This document shows positions 11,015 through 20,794 of a stretch of 20,883 bases of DNA, piece after piece (within the stretch, counting starts at the first letter, position 1; each line of letters begins with the position of its first letter). Origin of the DNA: Bugula neritina (taxonomy: Eukaryota > Animalia > Bryozoa); contig CAXIUT010000228.1 of NCBI GenBank assembly GCA_964035545.1, positions 1 to 20,883 on the forward strand, read 5' to 3'. The notes under the pieces were generated by a model. It was not told the DNA's origin and ran no database searches. It was given only the letters and a program-made list of their open reading frames with translations. The position numbers and the translations under genes are program-made.

Positions 11015-11563
11015 ATGTAATCCGTAAAATCTTTATTCAAATGGGACATGCCAATCATATCTAAGCCACCAAAGAAAAAGTTCATCGAAAAGATGCCTTT
11101 TTTGGTGGATCTTGATCATTGTAATAGATTTAGACCTCTATTTGATGGAAATACATTTCGGGAGGAAGTTTTTGATACTGAAGGATAAATTATTTCATTT
11201 ATTGATCAAAAAGCAAAGAAAGAATATGAGAGTTATTCTGATAATAATAAGTATGTTACTTATTGTATTGGAACTGTTGGAATTATGTTTGCTGCTTTTT
11301 GTCATAAAGTCAAGTTTATCAGTCGTTTATTAGGATAGAAATCATGGAAAATGTTTAGTTTAAGGTTACTTTTTGTTGGCATTCCTTACTATTATATTGA
11401 GAAAGTAATGCCTTAAATATAAGAAGAGCAGATTTCTTTACTTTATTCTAAAGTGAAAGATAAGTATAGACAATTTAAATTATCTGGGGATTTAATAGCA
11501 TTAAACAAAGATATAGAACTCTAAGATTTTATTCTAAAATAAGGAAATTAAGAGCTAATTTGA
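11015..11563 (+). CDS. Hypothetical small membrane protein, 182 aa
   Basis: aaagATG context and a 549-nt open frame to TGA. Hydrophobic segments are YVTYCIGTVGIMFAAFC and MFSLRLLFVGIPYYYI. Confidence 0.78.
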
Positions 11564-11608
11564 TTTCGATATGATAACTTTTATAGAATATTATATTTAA
11601 CTATCGAT

Positions 11609-14523
11609 ATGTAGTGGGAATTCAGGAAGTCTCTCTAGTCATTTGAAGGATACAAAAGAACTGTTTCAATTAGAAACTAAATAGAAAATGGAGATTAAAG
11701 TGCACTTGGCATTGTGGTAAGAGAAATTTAGTTGATTCTTAATGATAAAAATTAAAAAATTTTACCTAAAGTTTTGGCAGTGAGAGTATGATAGTTAATA
11801 TGTAGTTTGCAAGAGATATTATGATATTGGGACAGGAAGAAATAGTTAAAAGAATTTAAAAGTTGGTCCCTCAGCTGACTAAAATATGTTCTCATGATAT
11901 GACTTCTCCAGATCCTGATCGAGGATAAACTTTCTTTCAAGATCATCCAGGTTCATTTCTATTCATACAGCTTATTTAAAGGCAAGCAATGAAGATGAAA
12001 AGAAAGAGATTGAAACTCTTGGATCAACATATCTGATATTAAGTTTAGAATCGATTTTTCACTGGGCTAAATGGATTCCTTTTGATTCTAATGGGCAATA
12101 AAGTATTTATGTTAAAGCTTATCAAAGTTTGATTGATCGAGGAGTTACTTTTCCTTCATCTTTTCACTACTACAAACAATCTGATACAGAAAAGTATTTC
12201 ACTTTTTATCTAGATTTAAAAATACTTATAAAATGTAATTTTTTACTGATAGTTATGAATCAGCATATTCTGAAAATTCTTCATCAGTTCATCAATCAAG
12301 GATAAGTGAAGATGAGAGACAAAGTCGATCTGGATGGGAGAAGAAAAGTAAAGCTTAGGATTCAAAAGGGTTTCATACAAGTTAAGAATATACTGGTTAA
12401 GGTAGATTTCTAAAAACTGTTCCTGAGATGATGGAGTATCTAGGTGATCTTAGAAAGAATAAAAGTAGAAAAACTGGTCCTTTAAAGTAAATTTATAAGA
12501 CAGTTCAAGATATGTATGAAATTAGAGGTTAGCTAGGTAAACTTCCAAAAGATGAAAAAAGATGGGCATAAAATTATATCATAAACTATAGTCTTTTTAG
12601 TACTAATATGATAGGTTATGATGAGCTGCTTCAACGTAGTCTTTCTCAAGAAGTTGTTATATAGTAAGGAATTCAAGAGGAAGATATCACAATAAACAAA
12701 TAAGCTAAGCAGACTCCAATTAAATTTCATCAATTAAACCCTCAAAAATCTATAAAAGACTCAAGCAAGATTCAAAGGAATGAACTAGGAGGTTCTCGAG
12801 CAGATTCATAAATAAAAAAACAAGAGTATTAGTTGAAAGTCAAATTGAATTCATTAGCTGTAGAAGTCGAGTAAAAAGATAACCAGATTGCAATTATAAA
12901 ATCAAATCATGAAAAGTAGAAGAATAGAATAATTGAAGATTACGAGACAAGGATAGAGTTGATAAAGATAGAGGTGAAGAAGGGACAAAATGATCGAGGG
13001 TCATTTTAGAAATAGTTGTAAAAAGAAAATAATAAACTAAGGCATAGAGTAGCTAGTCTTTAATAATAACTTAATAGCAATAATTATAATACCAATAGAT
13101 AGAGAGATTTAGAGTCAGAAAGAAATCATCTTTTGACTAAAGTCAAGAGACTATAGCTTGAAAATTAAAAATTACAACAAATTAAGGTTGTTAATAGAAA
13201 TGCTGATAAATAAGTTGTTAATTTATAAGGCGTTATCAAAGAAAAACAAAGTAGTTTGGAAATGTTGAAAGCTGAGTTAAAAAAATCAGAAAAAATATGT
13301 CAAAATTATCAAGATGAAGCAACTCTCTACAAATCATAACTGATAAATTAAAGAGCTAAGCATTAACAGAAGATGAATACTTTAGCTAAATCTAAAGGAG
13401 GTTTAGATCAGTAAACTAAAGCATTGAAATAGAAAGTTTTGGAATATCGAAAAACACTAGATATCAAGGAAATATAAACTTTGAATTTAAGAGAATAACT
13501 CAAACGATATCAATCTAAGGTTAGAGATTTTAACTAGAAAAAATCTATAGCAGGAGTTGATACTTATCGAAATGAACATTTGATTAAAAGCAAAGCAGGA
13601 CAGTATCAGTCACCAGCTAGATTACAAAGTCCTATGCAGTAATTATAACCTTTTCGAGGCAATGTATATAATAATTAAAAATAACTAAAGTTTAATAACT
13701 ATGAGGACTTATATCTAGAGTTGAAGCCTAATAATAAGGAATTATTTATCAGATTATGTAGATGTGGATTTAAAAGAAAGGATATTTTATTGAAAGAAAA
13801 TGAGTTGTAGATAGGAATTATTAGTGATGTGATATCAGAGGGAAAACTTAAATTTGTATTACACTTTACTAATACTTCTTAAAAACAGGTTTAAAACCTT
13901 AAAATAGACTTCAATATGGCCAACTCATACATAAGTACTCTTGACTATTAAATTTAAAATAAGTATAATATTATTATAATTTAGATATATTTTTTGCATT
14001 CAACCTCAAGAACAAGAAAAGGTTATAGTTGTTGTTAGTAATAAGTAGCCTCCTTTTCTCAAATAAAGAGCTATCCTTGAAGTGTCTTTTGAGTATTATA
14101 TATTTTATATAGAAAACATGGCGCTATGTATAGTAGTAATATCTTTTTACCTTTTCTTATTCCTAAATTTTATGACTTCTACAAGCCCAAAACAATAAAA
14201 CTTCCATAAAAGAATAAAAATCCAAGATAGATGATCCAATTTCGTTATAGTAAAAAGATGATACCGAAACCAACTAGCTTGAGATCTTTTTTCGAATAGA
14301 TCTAATAAATATCATCAAATGTATAAATTATTTTACTTAGAGATTCTAAGTTGAGGCATATCATCGTTTGACAGATCTTTCTGTCAGGTTGCTTTTAACT
14401 TTAGCTCCTGATACTTAGGCTTTGCAATTGGATGTTATGGCATTGAGGGAGAATATAAATTAGAAACAGAGATATGTATTTTAATAGTTGATTAGTTTCA
14501 TGGAAATTGCCTTTAGAAGATGA
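11609..14523 (+). CDS. Putative trafficking adaptor: VHS-like N-terminus + coiled coil + alpha-adaptin-appendage-like C-terminus, 930 aa, 6 introns
   Basis: Open after removing 11786-11805, 11951-11970, 12194-12213, 13963-13984, 14093-14112 and 14321-14340 (2793 nt). VHS-like end: LESIFHWAKW...YVKAYQSLIDRGVTFP. Ear-like region: FIRLC...ILLKENELEIGIISD...KFVLHFTNTS...IQPQEQEKV...IFLPFLIPKFY. The gene model is firmer than the domain calls. Confidence 0.75.
11786..11805 (+). other. 20-nt spliceosomal intron
   Basis: gtatgatagttaatatgtag; contains an in-frame TGA. Confidence 0.88.
11951..11970 (+). other. 20-nt intron, GTT donor / CAG acceptor
   Basis: gttcatttctattcatacag; restores the frame; A at -6. 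Confidence 0.82.
12194..12213 (+). other. 20-nt spliceosomal intron
   Basis: gtatttcactttttatctag; restores the frame. Confidence 0.85.
13963..13984 (+). other. 22-nt spliceosomal intron
   Basis: gtataatattattataatttag; restores the frame; A at -6. Confidence 0.8.
14093..14112 (+). other. 20-nt spliceosomal intron
   Basis: gtattatatattttatatag; restores the frame. Confidence 0.85.
14321..14340 (+). other. 20-nt spliceosomal intron
   Basis: gtataaattattttacttag; restores the frame to TGA 14521. Confidence 0.85.
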
Positions 14524-14592
14524 TTTAAATATTTGTATTAACTTTTATTTTAAATATATTATAGAACTAAAAATGATAGAAAATATACAATT

Positions 14593-15559
14593 TCAAATAT
14601 CTCCTTCGGGCAAGGCTTTTATGGAAGATAATTTACATCCTTTTTGATAAAAACTACTTTTAATGTTTTTCTTCAATTAAGATATTTAATGAGTGCTTTT
14701 CATTGTTTTTTTGCTATTTAAAGTTGGTAATCTTGAATTTGGTATTTTTTCATAAACTTTTTTTGGATTTTTAACTTCTTGTCGATCTTTATTAATTTTA
14801 TACATAGTTGTGAGGACACTGATCGAATTATTTTTTGGAGATTTGAATCCACTGATTAGAATTTTTTATGCATTATATCCATAGTTGTATTGTTGATTTT
14901 TTTAAGGTTTTTTTTTTTTTTACAAGTAAGTTTGGAGGTTTTTCATCTTGCATTGTTTATAATGATTCAATTCTTTATTTTCTTTGTCTATGAAAATTCT
15001 AAATTTTAGTTGTGCTAAAATCTTTTTGAATTTATCCTTCGAGAGGAATAAGTCCTTTTCCAGTGGAAAATCGATAATGTTTGGAATTATTAACACTATG
15101 TGATGTTCTTTATATTCCTAAAGATGATACAATGGAAAGTATAGAATCTCTTTTCTACTTGATTTGATATTCTTGTTTACACTAGCCTATAGCTTATCTG
15201 ATGCATAGATAATCATTGATTACCCTTTGAGGTTCTTACTCTTGATTTATAGTAATATCGTTAACATAGACATTTGGAGATATACTGGTATTAATGGTCA
15301 TTTATAATTCTCTAATAACAAGATTTAGATGTTTTCGGAAGTTATTTTATTCAATAACTTTTATTTAAGTATCTACTTTATCAACTACGTCATCAATGAT
15401 GTTATTAACAATTTTGAAGGCACTGGGAAAGGGGTATCGATTAAGAAAGACGTGATTTTAGTTGAGAAGAGGTCCTGTATGAGTAAGAGTGCTTTTTCTT
15501 TGTTTGACAAGAGTGTTTACTTTTCTGAGCGATACAAGATTTTATGTGTTTCTTTTCAT
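14593..15559 (-). CDS. Hypothetical protein (~321 aa) with an apparent 1-nt frameshift at an A14 run
   Basis: ATG at 15559. Read as given, the frame ends at TGA 14750-14752 (269 aa). Dropping one base of the homopolymer at 14908-14921 gives a frame running to TGA 14593-14595. The 3' end is therefore uncertain. Confidence 0.65.
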
Positions 15560-15600
15560 TTTTCCAAATAAATGTTCTAAAAAGTAAAAAATAATATTAA
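15560..15600. promoter_or_regulatory. Putative bidirectional promoter (41 bp)
   Basis: AT-rich spacer between two divergent ATGs. Positional inference only. Confidence 0.35.
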
Positions 15601-16749
15601 ATGCATAATAAAAGCTATCTAACTTATCACCCATAAGTAATCAAAAAAGTAACTGAAACATCAATAAATAAATCACTGAAAATGCCCTAAATGAATATCT
15701 AGTAAATGGCTGCTTAACTAATCCACAAATAGCGTATGAAAGTATCTGAACTAAATATTCAAATCAGTGCTTATAGAGTTCAAGTATAACTATAAGAAAA
15801 CAATAAAATTGATCATGGTCCATACATTTAAAGTATTGAACGCGAAATCAGTAATATTCACAATGAGTAAGTTTATGTTAACTAACAAATAGCAAATTGT
15901 CAGCAAGTGGAAAATCAAGTTACACCTATGTAGTATTATTTATGGAAAAAGAAACAAAGAATTAATACCTATGATGCATCTATCAGCTAGCTGTGCAAGG
16001 AAATATAATTAGAAAGAGAAGAACTGGAAAATGCTATTGAGGACTACAAGCATGAAGGGTAAGAAATGATTGGATAAATATAGAGATTGGAAGAAAGATT
16101 AGGACAGTTAAACAGTTCATCACCAGATGCTAAAGGATCTAGGAAAAATAGTTTAGAATAAACCTATGAGTAGTTGAATGCCTAGAATCGTAAATTAAAG
16201 GAAGAGTATTCTAATTTAAGTAATAATCATGACTTTTTGCAGTAGAACAAAGATATTGTTGTTATGAAGATCAGCGATAATATAAAATCTATTGAATCTA
16301 CTTTGAAGAATTACTTTTAGGGCGAAAAGAGTAAGTTAGTTAAAGAGTTTAAAAATATTCAATTTTAATCAAAAAATTACTAAATATCTCCTATAAATTC
16401 ATAGGAACAAAAATACAAGATAGATCCTCTTCTACATGACTATGCTTTCAAATTGAAATAATTATATAATGCAGCTCCTGAAGAAATACAGAAAGTTATC
16501 GTCAATATAATGCAACCTTTGGTTTGGTAAAAGTTTTATTGGAAAGATTTTCTAGAAGTGGAGCCTAAAAGTGAACAAATTTACACATAATATCGAAAAC
16601 TCTAAGCGGAATACATGTAGAACTAGTAAAAAACATAAAAATTGCAGCAAATGATAAAAGACACAAGTAATTAGTTGGCTAATGAGCAAATGCGATCAAC
16701 TGACTTAACATATAACATAAAGAAGTTGAGAAAGCAGGTTAAGAAGTGA
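15601..16749 (+). CDS. Hypothetical coiled-coil protein, 382 aa, intronless
   Basis: A 1149-nt frame with no internal TGA and E/K/L heptad-like composition. Ends TGA-TAT-TGA. Confidence 0.83.
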
Positions 16750-16767
16750 TATTGATATTGTATGAAT

Positions 16768-17232
16768 TCATTTATCAAAAGAGTGTTAGTCGATATTATA
16801 TAGCATGATATCTAACTTGGAATTTCTTTGGAGTTGTTCTTGCGCATATTTTTCATATGATCCCAGAAGTTCTTACTAGTTGAAGGAGGCATTAGCAGGT
16901 ATTTTCAATTTATATTCAAGATATTTCTTTAAGAACAATGCCTCTCTGACTTTTTATTATTCTTAGAGTTAATGCTAATTGATCGAGTTCTGATAAAAGT
17001 TGTATTTGGCGTAGAAGTATCCCCAAACCACAAATGTTAGCATCACTGTCTTCTATATCCAGCTTACAAAACTGAGTTGGATATTGCGGGAACGAATGTA
17101 AGTGTGTAAAGCAAAGAAGGATCCTAAAGTGAGACCCCATTTGATAGATGTAAAAGTATAAGGATACCTGAAGATATATTTCCCCTGAAGGTAATCTAAT
17201 TTTTTAATTGAGAGTCCATCTTATTCTGACAT
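16768..17232 (-). CDS. Two-TM protein, possibly COX20-like, 154 aa
   Basis: A 465-nt open frame reading RYPYTFTSIKWGLTLGSFFALHTYIRSRNIQLSF...MLTFVVWGYFYAKYNFY, followed by a charged helix. The CDS is solid; the COX20 resemblance is tentative. Confidence 0.75.
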
Positions 17233-17294
17233 CTGATCAGAAAATATATGTTAGTATGTAAATGACTTGAAATATTTCTTTATTGATAAAAATC
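17233..17294. promoter_or_regulatory. Putative bidirectional promoter (62 bp)
   Basis: AT-rich spacer between two divergent ATGs. Positional inference only. Confidence 0.35.
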
Positions 17295-20200
17295 ATGTTT
17301 GGACCAGCTCAAAATGTGTCAAATCAACGTGGATATCCTGTACCTCAGGCAGCTCCAGCTAACAACTTCCCTCAACCTTACTACTAACAGGTTAATTACG
17401 CTTAGAATCCAAGCCATTAAATGGTTGGAACAATGATTAATCGATCCTAATCTCAGTATCAACAGGGTTATCCTGGTAACATGCCCAATCAGCCTTCATT
17501 GATTCAACCTCCAGCTTTAAATGCAGAAGAAAATATAAACACGAATTCTCAGTTTATACCACAGGGAAATGGAAATAATAATTAACAGAGTTAGTTCTAG
17601 GGATATCAGAATCAAGAAGGAGGATGGAATGAGGAAATGGCAGCTGTTTTTTGGTAGCAGAGATGTATGACAATACTTGACCGTTTTCAATGGTTTTTTT
17701 AGAGGTTTTAAATATTAAAGGAGTAGTATGGAGGATTGAGTGACTAAATGCAAAAGATGGATTCTTAAGAATAATGGCATCAATTTCAAATGCATCATGA
17801 CTAGTTTCACGAAAAGTAGTTCTTTATTAATGAAGAATATTATAGATGGAACAGTAGTTGGCAGCTGTTTTAAATGAAAATTAACAACTAATGGAACAAA
17901 AAATGTCTCATGATAATTAAAATGTTTGGTAACAGCGATATCAGGAACTATTGGGCAAGTAATATATCTATTTACTTAGTTTTAAATCATTGCAAGATGA
18001 TATGGCACATATTGAAGCCAATGGAGCAAGTAAAGAACCAGGATCTGGATCTGGAGTACCTCCCGAACAATATCAAAACCTAGAAGATCAATTTACATAA
18101 TTGGAGTATCAATATGGGTAAGTAGTGAAGGAGTTGCAAAAACAGCAAAGTGTAGATTACCAAGAGCAATATTAAATGCAGATCAATGACTATCGTCTTT
18201 AAATATAAAGTTTTAAGGTTAAATTTTAAAATTTACATCGATAAAACTAGTAATTACAGCAAATAATGGTCGATCTTTAGAAACAGAATCAATTTTTATC
18301 TGAACAAGGAGATCAGAGATATCAGGAATTAGATAGGATAATTCAACAAAAATAGATTGAAATCGAACAGTTACAAAGAGATTTTAGATAAAAAAGTGGT
18401 AATCAGGAAATGGTAAAGCAATATGAGATGGCTTTAAATTAGAGAAACAAGTAAAATGAGGAATTAAGACAGGTTTTGATGAATCGGGATACGTAGTGGG
18501 TAAGTGAAAGGATGAATATGCAGACTAATGAAGAGTAATCTCGTAGATTTATGCAAGCTTAATTTGAAAAACAAATTGTTCTCAAAGAATAAAATATAAA
18601 ATAAATGGAAAAAACTATCCTTGGTTTACAGAATAGTAGTAAAGTGAATGCTGATAGTAGTCAAAAAATATAAAATCTATAGAAGAAATTAAGTCATTTG
18701 GGGCACTAAGTAGTAGCTTTGAACTAAAGTTTAAAGAAGAAAAATCAATAATTAGTTTAATTAAGAGGAGTTAGCTATTAAGTTTAAAAATTAAGATAAA
18801 ATCAAGAAGTCTATGGAAAAATAGCCTAGGAAAAGGAAAGATTAGTTGATAATTTAAAGAAAAAGCAAAGTTAGTTAGATGGAATGCATAAGTAGATAGA
18901 ATAGTTAACTATGAGAGTTCAGTAGGTTACCAATAAACGTCAATAGTATTCTACTCGCAACTTGATGGCTTAAATATAAGATTTGAATGATCAGATCAGA
19001 AGAAACTAGGGAGAGATTAGTCGAATTAAAAGTATAATATAGTTGAAAGAAGAGTATTGTCTTCAATTATAATAAGATCTAAAAAAATCTAATTAAAAAT
19101 ATATCATAGCCGAACAAACTTTATCTTTCTAGCGTGGAAATTGGAGATAAAAAGAGTTAAAGTTAACCAGTAATACCTCATAGCATGAGAAAAGAATTAA
19201 AAATTTAGATTATTAGTTTAATCTACAATTGAAAGATAACCTTGAAAGAGAGATTAGTTCATTAAGAAAACAAAAAGGAGAGAGATAATAAGTGATTCGT
19301 ACAATGGAAGAAACTTAAATAATATTAAGATCTAAGATGGCAGTTTTATAGAAGCAGAAAGGCAATTTTGATCGTGATATAAATTTGATGAAGAATAAAT
19401 AGCACTAATTGGAAAGAATAAATGCTGAGAAAATGAAAAAGATTAAAGAATTATAAATTGCTTGTCTCTACAAGTAAGAAGACCTTGAAAACTATAAACA
19501 ACTTAATCTAAATATGAGTAGTGATGTTAGTAGAAGTCGTGGAGAAGTTGAAGAGCTGAATTGTTTAATTGGAGATAGAAATAGAGTTATTGAAGATTTG
19601 CAGAAACAAATTAAAGAACAGATTGGTAGAAACGAAGTAACTGACAGAATTAAAATAGAAAATAGCAAGTTGAAACTATCATTAAGGACTCTTGAAGAAG
19701 AGCTAGAGAAGATGAAATTACATAATTAATCTAAGAAACAGAGCAAAGTTAGTCATAAAAGCTAATTTTAGAAATAATAGCGTTCGATGATAAATAGTTT
19801 ACAGCAGTAGAACCAATACTTGAAGCAATAGTTGGCAAAATCATTATAAAAAATGATTCCTACTTCTCAGAGAGAGATGCCAGTATCTCAGAAGGAGGTT
19901 ACTATGCGTGGATTTAATGATTATAAATCAAGTAGTAATGCTACAGTTGATTTAAACAAACGTTTGAACGAATTCAATAGTAAGTTACAGATGACTATTG
20001 GGAAGAATGATTTGCAGCATTCTCAATCTCAAAAATTGATATCTTTTTGGGAGAATGAAAGAAAAGATTTAATCTAAAAATATGAAGGATAAATTAGAGA
20101 ATTAAAAGGATAACTCAAAACGAAAACTTAACATTCACAGGTAACTTAGAATTTTAGAGGATAAAGTCAGAGGAGACAGACTAGAATGACTCTAGAAGAT

Positions 20201-20698
20201 TAAAGAATAAGAGAAGAAGTTGTATTTTTTAGACAAAAAGTGCAAGAAATGGAGAGAAGGAATTAAAATTTGATAAAAATTAATTAAGAGTTAAGAAGCA
20301 AGATTGACGGAGTTTTAAAAAATAAACAATCAGTTAGTACTAATGATTTCTACAAATAGCAAAATAAGTTACTTGAAAATGAAAACTAATCTTTGAAAAC
20401 TCGATTGAAGAAAATTGGAGAAGAAAATAAAGATTATAAAATATAGTTAGGTTCCCAAAACTCAAAGATAAATCAAGATTATTAATTCAAAATTTTGTAA
20501 TTGGAAATGACTATTCAAGAAATGCAAAGAAAAATATCATATTTACAAGTTCAAAAAATATCAATGCCAGAAAAATCTGTTGGATCACCCATATCGTCAA
20601 AGAGCAAACCTTTATCGCCAAAAGGAAAGAACAAATAAAGCCAATTTTTTAAACAATAAGTTGGATATGTATTAGGTCGAAGTGACTATTATAGTTGA
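17295..20698 (+). CDS. Large coiled-coil protein with Q/N/P/Y-rich N-terminus, ~1120 aa
   Basis: ATG at 17295, intron 17816-17835 and probable intron 17959-17979. After that a single frame runs to TGA 20696-20698 and includes the supplied ORFs at 19514 and 19853. Confidence 0.87.
17816..17835 (+). other. 20-nt intron with AAG acceptor
   Basis: gtagttctttattaatgaag; removal joins the N-terminus to the coiled-coil frame. Confidence 0.82.
17959..17979 (+). other. Probable 21-nt (3n) intron
   Basis: gtaatatatctatttacttag fits the consensus but is frame-neutral. Confidence 0.65.
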
Positions 20699-20794
20699 AA
20701 ATTGAGTTTTTGATTATTATTAAAATATTATCAAGTATTAAATCATATATTATAAATGATCAAATCAATCAATATATTTTAATAAAAAACTTAA

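Noticed and set aside
11571-11735. Alternative ATG 7 bp after the stop of the preceding gene
   Set aside because: This frame hits TGA at ~11733. The ATG at 11609 gives the continuous spliced gene.
17021-17026. Internal CCCCAA (and a TTGGGG near 18698) as internal telomere seeds
   Set aside because: These are single hexamers within coding sequence and are expected by chance.
1409-17140. Supplied ORFs 1409-1651, 2186-2503, 5729-5992, 7189-7413, 7440-7637, 7688-7903, 11112-11333, 11752-11946, 12533-12733, 15329-15571 and 16916-17140
   Set aside because: These are antisense or off-frame shadows of the real genes, produced by using the standard code. The remaining supplied ORFs are fragments of the larger genes.
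138-20680. Apparently frequent TCGA/ATCGAT words
   Set aside because: A rough expectation from base composition is already several dozen, and CGA/GAT codon use could explain it. I could not count rigorously.
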